Notes: generated from the sequence alone by a model not told the origin. 64,000 nucleotides of DNA from Nitrosopumilus sp. (GCA_965214775.1 OZ243974.1:224001-288000); one strand, 5' to 3'. Counted from the first letter of the stretch, positions 20,419-31,901 are shown. Made by a program: numbers and translations.

Positions 20419-20424
20419 GAAGAA

Positions 20425-21552
20425 ATGGATGCAGATATCTCAGTTACGCCCCGGTTTACAGTAAAGATGCTTGAAAAGGCACTAAGACTCTACACGCCGT
20501 CACTTGACGAAAAACCGATGGCAGAGTTTCTAGCTGACAAGTGCGATGATTTGGGTTTTGAGGACATTCAGATTGACGAGGTTGGAAACCTGATTGCAAG
20601 AAAGGGCTCGGGATCCCCAACGATCATGCTGTGCGGCCACATGGATGTAGTGCCAGGAAAAGTAAGGGTGCGAAGGCAGGGAGACCTGCTGTATGGCAGG
20701 GGTGCATCTGATGCCAAAGCGCCACTCATGGCAATGCTGTTTGCAGCAGCATCAGTCCAGAACAACTGCGGAACGATAATTTTTGTCGGCGCAGTTGACG
20801 AGGAGGGAAACGCAACAGGCATCAAAAATTTGGTTAAAAAAGACATGGGTGTCGACTATGCAGTGTTTGGGGAGCCAAGCGGAATCAAGCAGGTCACCAT
20901 TGCTTACAAGGGACGGCTGGCAATCAATCTCAAAGTCAGCGTAGAGGACAGTTCCCATGCCAGTGCACCGTGGCTTTCCAAGAATGCCATTGAGGAATCG
21001 ATGGTGTTTGTAAATGAGCTGAAGAAAAAGCTGGAATCAGGCCAGGAAGACAAAACCAAGGGAATGCTGCTGACAGCAACAATGACTGAGATCAAGGGAG
21101 GGACAAGCCACAATGTAACTCCAAAGGAATGCGAGACGATTTTTGACATCAGGATTCCCGTTGATAAAAACTGCAAGGACGTCGAACGGCAAGTAGCAGC
21201 ATCAGTCAAGGAGATTGCCCAAGAACGCAGGGTGGAGGCGTTTTATTCCATTTTGGATGAGACTGAGCCGTTTGAGGCGCCGCACAAGTCACCGATCGTC
21301 AGGGCACTGACACTAGGAATCAGGGATGTTGTGCAGGCCCATCCAAAACTAATCAGAAAGACAGGCACCGGGGACATGAACGTGTTAGGCAACCAGTGGA
21401 GGATTCCAGTCGTCACGTATGGCCCGGGGGATCCTCATGAGGCACATACGATTGATGAAAAAGTTTCAATTGACGAATATCTAAGGGGGATAGAGATCCT
21501 CAAAAGATCATTAAATCATTTAAAAAGACTTCATGATAAAAAAACAAAGTAA
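20425..21552 (+). CDS. lysK: LysW-lysine/ornithine hydrolase (M20 family)
   Basis: GHMDVV, GRGASDAK, DEE, GEPS, GTGDMN, AHT. Confidence 0.92.
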   Translation: MDADISVTPRFTVKMLEKALRLYTPSLDEKPMAEFLADKCDDLGFEDIQIDEVGNLIARKGSGSPTIMLCGHMDVVPGKVRVRRQGDLLYGRGASDAKAPLMAMLFAAASVQNNCGTIIFVGAVDEEGNATGIKNLVKKDMGVDYAVFGEPSGIKQVTIAYKGRLAINLKVSVEDSSHASAPWLSKNAIEESMVFVNELKKKLESGQEDKTKGMLLTATMTEIKGGTSHNVTPKECETIFDIRIPVDKNCKDVERQVAASVKEIAQERRVEAFYSILDETEPFEAPHKSPIVRALTLGIRDVVQAHPKLIRKTGTGDMNVLGNQWRIPVVTYGPGDPHEAHTIDEKVSIDEYLRGIEILKRSLNHLKRLHDKKTK

Positions 21553-22592
21553 TGTTATGGTTTGTAGGATTGGGAATCTCGGGATTCAAGTCAATTCCCA
21601 ATGAGGCAATGGATGTGCTGTCAAGGGCAGACACGGTATACCTGGAGCAGTTTACAAGTCCGATTAGCAGATCAGATCTGAAAAAGATCAGGGATGCCTC
21701 CAAGGGGGAATTCAAGCTTGCAAGGAGGTGGCAGATAGAAGACGGAAACGAGATCCTGCAAAATGCAAAAAGAAACAAGGTTGTCGTTCTTTTGTCGTAT
21801 GGAGACCCCTACATTGCGACCACGCACATTGAATTGAGGGCAAGGGCCATCAAAGAAAAGATAGGGACACGTTCCATTCATGCCTCGTCGTCACTGACGG
21901 CAATGATCGGGGAATGCGGCCTGCATTTTTACAAAATCGGAAGGATTGCAACGGTAATGAACGACATGAGATCGCTGACCACGCCATACTATGTAATTTA
22001 CAGAAACATCACAGAGGGAAATCATTCGGTTCTTCTCTTAGAGTATGACCAGGACAAGGATTTCTTTTTGGATCCCAGGGATGCCATGAGAAAGTTGCTT
22101 GAAACAGAAAAAGGGCAGGGAAGAAATGTGGTTTCCGGCAGAACGTATGCCGTTGTTGCCTCGCGAATCGGATTCAGGGATCAATCCATAGTTGCCGGAA
22201 GAATTGCAAGTATGAGAAAACATGATTTTGGCAAGCCGCCTCATACCCTGATTATTCCGGGAAGAATGCATTTTACAGAATCAGACGCCCTGAGAATACT
22301 TGGAAAGTGCCTTGATGAGCCGTTTGACAACTCGGATAAAGCAAAAAAAATATCAAGACAGATGATGGAAAGATACGTTCCGATGGTCAGAGAGGCGTTA
22401 GAAGAGATTGGATCCCATTGCAAAGGCCAAAAGGAGTTCCAAATGATTTTGGAGAATGCAAAACTGTACATCCAGGATGCGGAGAAATTCCTTGAAGACG
22501 GCCAAGACGAGGTTGCAGTTTTGAGTATCGGGTATGCTGACGGTCTTGTTGACGCATTAAGGCTGGCAAAAGGCCTTGATCCTATAGTGTGA
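21552..22592 (+). CDS. dph5: Diphthine synthase with C-terminal DUF357-like domain
   Basis: GLG, YLEQFTS, GDPYIATTH, FGKPPH; C-terminal YIQDAEKF...YADGLVDALR. Confidence 0.9.
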   Translation: MLWFVGLGISGFKSIPNEAMDVLSRADTVYLEQFTSPISRSDLKKIRDASKGEFKLARRWQIEDGNEILQNAKRNKVVVLLSYGDPYIATTHIELRARAIKEKIGTRSIHASSSLTAMIGECGLHFYKIGRIATVMNDMRSLTTPYYVIYRNITEGNHSVLLLEYDQDKDFFLDPRDAMRKLLETEKGQGRNVVSGRTYAVVASRIGFRDQSIVAGRIASMRKHDFGKPPHTLIIPGRMHFTESDALRILGKCLDEPFDNSDKAKKISRQMMERYVPMVREALEEIGSHCKGQKEFQMILENAKLYIQDAEKFLEDGQDEVAVLSIGYADGLVDALRLAKGLDPIV

Positions 22593-22619
22593 AACAAAAG
22601 TTTATGAAAATCTTGATGT

Positions 22620-22741
22620 ATTCATGAGGTACTCCATGACGTCATGGTCGAAGCTGGCAGTCCTCATGTATTCGGACAGCGCATGCCTCATCTCCTCTAA
22701 CGTTTCATAGTACTCGGAGACGAGGATGGCCCGCTTTGCCT
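22620..22741 (-). pseudogene. IS630 transposase C-terminal remnant
   Basis: AKRAILVSEYYETLEEMRHALSEYMRT resembles the end of the 28937-29923 transposase. Confidence 0.65.
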
Positions 22742-22880
22742 GAGAGGTGATCCGAAATTAGAAGCCATACGAATCTTTCAAGTAATTTCACAGATAACTT
22801 GTATTTTGTTGGTGTTTTGAGCTGCTTTATGCAAATTTGTTCACAAATAATCAGAGTCTACTAATTTCGAATCAACTCTC
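22742..22880. mobile_element. MITE family A
   Basis: GAGAGGTGATCCGAAATTAG...CTAATTTCGAATCAACTCTC. Confidence 0.88.
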
Positions 22881-24907
22881 GGGGGCGGGCATCGGGGCCA
22901 TACGCCGGATCACTGACATATGGTGGCAAAGACCCTGGCAAACAGTGCCGCCGGGGCCATTATGCCGGCAATCACAAACTCCTGAATGTCACCGACCATT
23001 TGCAGGGGTGTCTGATCACGAAACACTTCGAGAATCTTTGCTGGCCAGTGCAATCTCTTGCCGCAGGCTTGGCTCACCGTGATCGCACAAGCTAGCCGAG
23101 GCCTGCGGCATGCAGCAGCCGCACCTGCCGGGCCGACAGCTCGGCGCCGTACACGCGAAGCTCGTCAAGCACCGAGTCGATCCTGTCGGGATCCCCCCAG
23201 CTGATGGTCCTCACCGTAAACGCATGGTCGTTTGTCGTGCTGCCTTCCAGTCCTAGGCCCCTGCGGTAGCCGTCATAGTCCCGGTGCTCGCCGTCGATAT
23301 ACGCGTTCAGTCCCCCCTTTGCGCCCGAGCCGTCGTACGTGAATGCGATATGGTGCCAGGCGCCGTCTGACATGTTCATGTGTTGCGGTGTATGCACGTT
23401 TATGAACGTGGAGTTGTCGTGTATCGAAAGCAGGACCCTGTTGGGCGCCCCTCCCCATATCCACACGTACGAGCCGGTATGACCGAACGACTCTGCCTTG
23501 GACATTATCATGGTGCTGTTGTTGACGGGCACGTCCTGCCTGAGCCAGAACGCAATGCTGAACGGGTCGGTCCGCCCAAAGTCAAAGTCGGCCTCCCCCG
23601 CGAGGGTGACGGTCGTAGAGCCGTCAAGCTGCAGCCCCCTGCCTATCCTGCCAGGCACGTATTCGACGTCCACTCCTGCAGCCGCCGTACCATTGTTGTC
23701 CCCCGTCACATCTGCGAGGTCGCCCTCAAAGGACAGGCCGGCCACGAGCTCCTCGTAGGGGGCCGTGACTGTCACAGGATCTGCGATCGTGACCCGTATG
23801 CCTCCCTTTGGGACGCCGTCCCCGTCCACCAGGCCGACCCAGAACGCGCCTCCCGCCTCCGCGTCGTCGGCCGTCCTCAACAGTATGGTATACTGGTATC
23901 CGAGCGCGTTGATCGTGTGGTACCTTACGTCGTATGCCGAGCCTGCGTGGTTGTCAAGCTCCATCGTGCGGCGGCGCTGCCCCGGGAAATCGGTGCATAC
24001 AGTCGTGTTACATCCGGAGCCCTCCGGGAATCCCCCAAAGTCGTCTACGGTAAGCGATCTGCTGTATACGGCAAGGGCGTCTTGCTGGTGCCTTGTGCCC
24101 TCAAGGTTTACGGCATACTCGAAGGTCTGCCCCGGAAACACCCTGTCGGGGCCCGTGATCCTCCAGGTGGCGTGCTCGCCAGTTATCGTCTTTGCGGACG
24201 GCGGCATCACCGTTACGGGTATGCCGCCCACCTGGTCGTTGTTACCGTCCATCATGCCGACTGTGGCCTGCGTGCCCGCCGGTGCGTCGGCTGCCGGCTG
24301 CAGCAGTACGGTGTGGCTGGATCTGGACTTTTTCATCTTGTTGTGCATGGCAGTATACGGCGAGTCCTCGTCGCTGGCTGTCCTGTACGTGTCGTGCTTT
24401 TGTTCGGGAAATCCAGCGCATATCACGGTCTGGCAGTCCGTATTGGAATCGTGCCATCCGAGATCCCGCTCCGGCGCCGTGCTGTACACGGCAAGCGACT
24501 CCAGCCGCGGCCTCGCCCCGTCCTCGAGTGTTACGGTATACTCGAAGGTCTGCCCCGCAAACACCCTGTCAGGACCCGTGACACTCCACGTGGACCTGCC
24601 AGTGCTTACTGTCTGAGAGACGTCCAGGATGGCGTCAGAGGCATCCACGTGTATGATAAACCAGTCCGCCTGCGAGTTTGCAGAGCCGTCTGTCGCCGTG
24701 CATGACACCTCGGTGAATCCGGGTGCAAACGTCGATCCAGACTCGTGCGTGCATGACACTGCCACGACCCCGTCCACGAGGTCGGTGGCAGTCGGCGCAT
24801 CGTAGCTGACTGCCGCCCCACGGCCGTAGTCAACATATAAAAAAAAGAACAATTTTGACAACTATTTTTGATCCAAACATTAAGATCAGGCAAGGAATAC
24901 GCATATG

Positions 24908-25964
24908 CATGGACAGACAGAGAAAGGAATTCGTAGCATCAGGAAGCAAATTCCTGCCAAATACGTCACGCTCCTACCTGCACGAGGCGTACAAAAAGGA
25001 GACAGACAAGAGAAAGCGCGACAGGCTGCTTGCATACATGCAGCGCAAGGACGACCTTGGTGTGGAACAGATAGCAAAGAACCTCGACCGGGCACATTCC
25101 ACCATATCCAAGTGGCTCATCCGCGCACAGGACGAGGGAATACGTGCAAGGCACGAGCGGCCAGGCAGGGGACGCAAGCACAAGCTGAGTGAGTCGCAGC
25201 TGAAACAGCTTGCGGCGGATCTCAAGTCAGGATCCGAGGAGTGCGGTTTTGAGAGCAGCCTGTGGGACTCGGGCCTGATGAGACGGCACATCAAAAAGAA
25301 GTTCGGCATAGAATACAGCAAGAGCGGCACGCGGCTGCTGGCACGCGAGCTTGGGTTCTCATGGAGGAAGCCGAGGCCAAAGAACCCAAAGGCCGTCTCA
25401 AAACAAAAGCAGAACGAGTTCAAGGAGGCATCCCAGGAGCTGATACGGGAAAAGGAGGCGCAAGGGTATACGGTACTGGCAGAAGACGAGTCATCCATAC
25501 AAAAGACCTCAAACAGCCCCAAACACGGGTGGCTCAGGCGCGGCATGAGCGTCACGGCGCCCGTATCGCTGTCACGGCAGCGCCGGTACATGTTCGGCGT
25601 GCTGGCAGTTAACATATTCTACTATATGTTCTATGACAAGACCAACACCGACAGCTTTTGCGACTTTTTGGAAAAGGTGCACGAAAAGTACGGAAAGGTG
25701 TTGATATTCCTGGATAATGCGTCATACCACAAGTCTGTCGGCGTAAGGGAGATGCTGGAAAAGTACAAGGGCGAGATAATACTGGAGTACCTGCCGCCGT
25801 ACGCGCCGGAGCTCAATCCTGTAGAGATACAGTGGAGGGAGATAAAGCGGAGGCTGTCTGCCAAGATGTTTGATACGCTTGATGAGATGGAGCAGTCCGT
25901 GCGGAAGATGTTTGCCAGTGGAGAGATCCTACCGGTAAAGATGTTCCGATATTTGATGGGCTGA
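24908..25964 (+). CDS. IS630 transposase (intact; start approximate)
   Basis: HTH, GFSWRKPR, EDES, DNASYH, PELNPVE. Confidence 0.9.
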
Positions 25965-26097
25965 CTACTGCAGCAGCAGCAACAACAACTGTCGTATTCC
26001 ATACTGTCGGGTCTTGTGTGGCAGTATGTCAAACCCCCCATGCACGAATTAACTACTGCAGCAACAACAACTGTCGTATTCCATACTGTCGGGTCTA
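25965..26097 (+). repeat. Two ~45-bp direct repeats in the IS630 3' region
   Basis: ctactgcagcagc...aacaacaactgtcgtattccatactgtcgggtct at ~25965-26013 and ~26053-26097. Confidence 0.85.
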
Positions 26098-28859
26098 GTA
26101 CGCCTTGCGAAGACGTGAGTGCTTTGCTTGCCCAGGAATTTGTCCCTTGATGCCACAAATTCTGCCTGTTTTCCCATGCATGTGCGATGGTTTGCCTGAT
26201 CTTAATGTTTGGATCAAAAGCAGTTGTCAAAATTGTTCGTTTTTTTATGAATTAACTACGGCCGGATCATCCACATTTATGTTACGCAGGCCGGAGATGG
26301 CAGGCGGCGTGGTGTCCCGTATCGTCACGGTCTGGGCGGCCGTGACAGCATTGCCAGAGGAATCGGCTGCAGTCCACGTTACCGTGGTGTTGCCGAGCGG
26401 GGACGATTCCGGTGCGTCGTTTGTTATTGTGGGGCTGGGATCGGCAATGTCGGTGACAATGGGAGTCCCATAGTCGCCGGCATTCAGGATTGTCATGATA
26501 CCGGTGGCCTCGACCGTATGATCGGCAGGTGCTGTGATACTCGGCGGCGTGGTGTCCTGTATCATCACGGTCTGGGCGGCCGTGACAGCATTACCAGAGA
26601 AATCGGTGGCAGTCCATGTGATTACCGTGTTGCCGAGCGGGAACGATTCCGGTGCGTCGTTTGTTATTGCCGGATCTGGATCTGCAATGTCGGATGCAGT
26701 GGCCTGTCCTATGGATACAACAGTCAGTACGCCGGCGGCCTCGGCCGTGACATCTGGCGGTGCAGTTATACCCGGCAGTGTCGTGTCCCGTATCGTAACA
26801 GTCTGGGTGTCAGTAGCCGCGTTGCCAGAGTCATCCATGGCAGTCCATGTTACAATGGTGTTGCCGAGCGGGAACGATTCCGGTGCGTCGTTTGTTATTG
26901 TGGGGCTGGGATCGACAATGTCGGTGGCAGTGGCCTGTCCTATTGACACAATAGTCAGTACGCCGGCGGCCTCTGCTGTACGGTCAGCAGGCGCCGTGAT
27001 CCGGGGCAGCGTCGTATCCTGAACCGTCACGGTCTGGACAGCTGTTGCCGCGTTGCCCGAGTCATCTGTGGCAGTCCACGTGATTACCGTGTCGCCTAGA
27101 GGAAACGATTCCGGGGCGTTGTGCGTGATGTCGGGATCTGGATCCCGGTTGTCGGTGGCAGTGGCCTGTCCTATGAATACGGCAGTCAGCACGCCGGCAG
27201 CCTCTGCCGTGACATCTGCAGGCGCCGTGATTACGGGGTCAGTCGTGTCAGGGGATCCGCCGCCACCGCCACCGCCACCGCCACCGCCACCGCCGTTGCT
27301 CCCTCCACTTGCCATTATTACAACATTGTCTATCTCGACATGCTCGCTTGAGGAGCTGGACTTTGCCACGAACCTGATTTCTGCGGTGTCCTCCGTAATA
27401 TCAAGTGACAGGGACTCGTTGCTCCACGAGTCGCTGTCCTCGTTGTTGTCGTGGGTATAACTTGCAAGACCTATCCAGTTGGTTCCATCTGCAGAGTACT
27501 CTACAAACAGGCCCTCCCCGGCATCGACACTGGAGTCGACGAACCTGTCAAAGGAGATGGTCAGCGCGTCCTGCGTGTCAAACGTCGAGGATATCGTGGC
27601 GATGCAGGCAGAGTCGCAGTTGCTTGATATGAGCGCCTGGTTTGTCCGGCTGTTCTCGCCGGGCACGTCCTCGCCGGGATTCCCCGTCTCCCAGTCAGAA
27701 TCGCCTGACATGTGCCATTCTGAAAGATCCGACTCAAAGTCGTCGGAGAACTCCGTGATCGGGACGACGAGGTCGTATGGGAACTTGTCTATCCCGTGGG
27801 TGCTTGCCAGGGTGTACGGCTCGCCTCTGACGGTCGTCAGCGTTCCGTCGGATCTCACGGTGATTGTATAGAATCCGGTCTCCGGCGCATCAAACACGAC
27901 AAACTCGTTGTTCTGGACGTCAGAGTCGCTTGTCTTTGTCACACCGTTGGGAAACGTCACCGCGAGGTCATAGTTGTGGTACTGGTTTGGAAGCTGGACA
28001 TGCGGGCTGTTGATCGGAAGGGTGGGCGACAGTACTGTGCCTCCCGGATGTATCAGCCAGGACAGCAGTACCTTTACCTGCTCGTTTGCATCTGCGTGGA
28101 TCCTGTACGAGTTTGCCGCAAAGTTCCTCAAGCTTTGGTCGTACAGGACGTTTGGGTGCTGATTGTCGTTGGCATAGTCAAGGGATCTCGTTACGTTGAG
28201 TATGCCAAAGCCGTACCGGTTCATGGTATCATATATCCCGGCCCTACGGTCATCATAGTCTGCTGCCGTAGCCGGCGTGTCTGCCTGCCAGTCTGCGCCA
28301 AGCAGCAGTGCAGACTTTATCTCCAGCTGCCGGTAGTCAGGCTGTTTTTCTAGGATCAGGGTACGGGCGCCTGCCACAAAGGCGTTGGCAAAGCTCGTAC
28401 CGCTGTCTATTAGGTAGTCACGGTTTTCCATATCTCTGCGATCTGCTGCCTGTGCAAGATCAAGATCTACGCCAATTGCGGTTATCTCGGGCTTTATTCT
28501 GGGTGCGTCGCCGCCTGGAGTGTTGAACAGGGCAGGGCCCGGAACACTATAACGCCATATGGTGCTGTCCTCGTCCACGGCACCCACGCTGATGTAGTTA
28601 AAGCCGCATGCTAGCTTCTGTATATGTGGTGGGGGAACCACCTCCGTGTTAACTACGCCGTTCCCAATGGCCATGGAAAAGCTCAAGCCTTCATGCACTG
28701 CCCTGTCGATGACAATGGTAAGGGCAGAGTAGTCATTACATCCAAAACTTTGACGATCTGCCCGTGATGAAAGCGCTACAGTAATATCGTTAGTCATTAT
28801 CTCATCAAGTGCCCTAGCAAAGGAATTTTTTGCAGCTGGACTCTCACCCACGCCATCTA

Positions 28860-29952
28860 TACTGACGATCATTGAAAATTTCGCCTGATTACACGTCTTG
28901 TGAAGGTTTATAGATCTCCGCCATGGCCCTTCTGACATGAACAAGACGAAAATCCTCACGGACGCCATGCATGTAGAAAAGGATAACAGGGTTTATACCA
29001 GAATCCTGGCGGTGCGCTCCGTACTGCTTGGCAACACCACTGCACAGACCGCAGAGATTGCCGACGTGACACAGCGTACCGTACAGATGTGGGTTGAGAG
29101 GTTTGAGCTTGACGGCGTTGACGGTCTCCGTGACTCCCCCAACAGGGGCAAAAAGCCAAAGGTTCCAATCAACAGGATAAAAAAGATCGCCATGAGGCTG
29201 CGCAGGATGGAAAAGCTCACCCCAAAGAAGATGCGCAACTGGGTGCGCCGCAAACTGCATGTAACATACAGCGTTGGAAGCATCAGAAGAATCCTGCGCA
29301 CGATGGGATTCTCGCTAAAGACGTCAACTACCAAGCTGGCAGATGCTGCCGACGCAAAGGAGGTAAGACGATGGCAAAGGGAGGCAAAAGACACGATTAG
29401 GCTTGCAAAAAGGCGCGGATTCAGGATAACCGTACAGGACGAGTCGATATTCGTCAGTACGGGAAGGGACGGCAAAAAGTTCTGGTCGCCAGTGGGGGAC
29501 AGAATCGAGGTGCAACGATCCGGCAGAAGGGAGCGCGTCGTGGTATACGGAACGGTTGCAGACGACGGAACCAGGCTGATGCGTACATACGACAAGTTCA
29601 ACAGCATAAACTTTGTGCGTTATCTCAAGCAGGCGCGCAAAAAGTGGGGAAAGGTTCTGATTGTGATGGACAACGCAGCACAGCATAGGACCGGAAGGGT
29701 CCGCATGTACCTGGAGAAAAATCCCGACGTTATCCTGCTGTACCTGCCGGTAGCCAGGCCGGAGCTGAGCGCCATAGAGCCAATTTGGAAGGATGCCAAG
29801 TACATACTGGTCACATCTGCCTTTTACGATTCGGCAGATCACCTCAAAAGGGATGTCTCGGAATACTTTAGGACGTGTTCCATCAAGGTTGACATCTACA
29901 AATATCTTGAGCGCCGTGTGTAATCAGGCGAAATTTTCAATGATCGTCAGTA
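28860..29952 (+). mobile_element. Second IS630-family element, perfect ~35-bp TIRs, CTAG target
   Basis: TACTGACGATCATTGAAAATTTCGCCTGATTACAC at both ends with TA duplicated. Confidence 0.95.
28937..29923 (+). CDS. IS630 transposase (intact)
   Basis: QDES, MDNAAQH, PELSAIEPIW. Confidence 0.92.
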   Translation: MNKTKILTDAMHVEKDNRVYTRILAVRSVLLGNTTAQTAEIADVTQRTVQMWVERFELDGVDGLRDSPNRGKKPKVPINRIKKIAMRLRRMEKLTPKKMRNWVRRKLHVTYSVGSIRRILRTMGFSLKTSTTKLADAADAKEVRRWQREAKDTIRLAKRRGFRITVQDESIFVSTGRDGKKFWSPVGDRIEVQRSGRRERVVVYGTVADDGTRLMRTYDKFNSINFVRYLKQARKKWGKVLIVMDNAAQHRTGRVRMYLEKNPDVILLYLPVARPELSAIEPIWKDAKYILVTSAFYDSADHLKRDVSEYFRTCSIKVDIYKYLERRV

Positions 29953-30831
29953 TAGGCCAGCTAGGCGAATGTCATGGATCATAGAGTCGGGTGCCATTCC
30001 CACCATTGTGGAGTTGGTGCTGTTGGATACTATAATTGCGGAAATTGAAGTGGCGTGGTCGTCACCAGTCAGTGTAGTTTCAGTGCATTGGAGTTGGCTA
30101 CATATGATCGAAGCAGCCTTCTTATTTTGGAGGTCAGGGTGTGTAAAATCTGTACCCGTATCAATTAGTCCAACAGTGATCCCCTTGCCTGTATACGGAT
30201 ATGCGTCGGAGCCTACATTGGTGGCGTTAATTACGGCCTTGGCTTGCTCCAGTGTAATCCCCGGCGGTAATCCTGACGGTGATGCTGACGATGTCAGTTC
30301 CCCATGTCCGTCTCCAAGCTTGTAGACGTGATCATAACCTGCCAGATCTGCTATCCTGTTCACCGGGACGTCCGCGATGAGAAAGTCCAGACTCCTTGAC
30401 TTGAATATGTCCCGTGAGCCCATCCCCTTTAGCGTTTGCTCCAATCTGTCTTCGTATCCGTCATCTGTAATTATTATTACAGAATGCATAGCCAGTGTGG
30501 CGTTGTCTGCACGGTCTGTTCCTTCATGCGATGTCATGTTCTGCATACGCTGGATCTTTTCATAAAAACCGTCATCGAATTTGTACAGGTTGTCTTGTAC
30601 TTCGCCTGACTCTGAAAATGACAAAGTCGGAATGGAGAGCAAGACTGGTAGCAGAATGGCAAGACATGCTGCTTGATTCATGATTGGAGGTTATCATGGC
30701 GCTTTATAAAAAACGTTTGTAACCATCTATGTTAAAACGCCCGGGCCCTTTAGCGGCGGCGGACTATGTCTCTCTAATCCATGCCTAGTTTAACATGGGC
30801 CGCTTTATAGCTTGCGCTGGGTACAGGGGGA

Positions 30832-31895
30832 TGTATTATATGAAAATTATGTCGCACCATCACCGGTGTCCTCCTCCATCCATTTTGGGTTGCTTTTCCT
30901 GATCGCTTCTGTGGCCTCCCTGTCGGAGAATGCCCGCAGAGGCGTCTCGTAATTGTCGATGTCAAGCGACCAGTGCAGCCTGTCCTCGTTGTAGTAGCCT
31001 ATGTACGCAGACAGGCTCTCGTGGTTCCATATCTCCTCCTCGATGCTCCGATGGAAGCGCTCCAGCTTGCCGTTGGTCTGCGGGTGGTACGGCCTGGAGT
31101 TTATCAGCTCGATTCCGAGGTTGAGCAGCTCCTCCTCAAAGGCAGTCGGCGTCCACCCTTTCTTGGGAGGGTTCTTCCTCTTCTTCGAGTCCGAGCGTGC
31201 CCCGACAAAGCACTTGCCATTGTCTGATAGAATAGTAGCAGGTGCGCCGAACTGGGCCACGGCCTGCCGCAGGACCTCCACGACGTTCTCCGAGGTGGCC
31301 TCCCTGAACAGGCCCGCACCAGTCACGCACCTGGACGAGTCGTCCAGAAACGTGACCAGATTGAGCCCTGCAAAGCGCGGATCCTTCATGGTATGCCAGT
31401 CCACGTGCCACATGGCATTGGAGTATTTGCGCTCAAAGCGGACGTATTTTCTTGGCATTGATTTTGCGGGCGACGGCGTCACCAGTCCGTTTTCTTTCAT
31501 TATCCTGTATACCTCATAGTAGCTTATATCGAGTTGCCTTCGCAGCCTCCTGGCCGTATGAGCCACCCCTGCTGCACTGTGCTTGTGCTCCTGCAAGACG
31601 GCGCGCACGGCCCCGTCGGGAACCGGAGCGCTCCTTTTCCTTCCCGGCCTGGGCGGCACGTGGTGCGTGCCGCCTGTCTTCCTGAACCGGGCGTACATCC
31701 GCTGGACGTGCCTTGTCGTGACGCCTACTCCGGGGCCACCTCCGAGGGCCTTCGTCCCCCTGCACACTGCGTCACTGCGTATCGGATCTGCTTTGCCTCG
31801 AGCCTTGCAACCATCGGTTTTCTTGATCGGTAAAGCCCAAAGCAATCCCTTGCAACCCTCTTCAAATTAGTGCGACCTAATTTTCGTACAATAGA
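30832..31895 (-). mobile_element. IS481-family element; transposase frameshifted near 31727
   Basis: TIRs (TGTATTATATGAAAATTATGTCGCAC and inverse); WHVDW, LSDNG, PQTNGKLERF. True N-terminus MVARLEAKQIRY...EVAPE* is in another frame. Confidence 0.88.
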
Positions 31896-31901
31896 CCCTC
31901 C

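Larger units (their letters stand above)
24827..26258 (+). mobile_element. IS630-family element with long (~65-bp) TIRs
   Basis: TAGTCAACATATAAAAAAAAGAACAATTTTGACAAC...GATCAGGCAA and its inverse at ~26192-26258. Confidence 0.93.
23092..30681 (-). pseudogene. Giant secreted S8 subtilase (signal peptide, prodomain, S8, beta-sandwich domains, HYR repeats, two Cys repeats, LamG), interrupted by two IS630 elements
   Basis: VGLIDTG (Asp) and DDHATS (His) in 29953-30681; AIGNG and SGTSFA (Ser) in 26259-28857; DTTPPxITAPAD HYR repeats; LamG WHHIAFTYD/LDELRVY in 23092-24824. Removing both IS restores one 5061-nt ORF. Confidence 0.88.

Noticed and set aside
23380-24705. Long plus-strand ORFs (441 aa, 283 aa) and similar ORFs to 28.5 kb
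   Set aside because: Antisense shadows of the GC-rich protease gene with no motifs
26280-27250. DNA repeats of ~230 bp as a DGR template/variable pair
   Set aside because: Explained by tandem HYR domains; no reverse transcriptase in the window
26245-28968. 907-aa and 589-aa ORFs as independent genes
   Set aside because: Their starts lie inside IS630 ends; they are fragments of one interrupted protease
24827-29952. IS elements as self-splicing introns or TnpB/IscB RNA-guided elements
   Set aside because: No intron core, RT, RuvC or HNH motifs were seen; only DDE transposases
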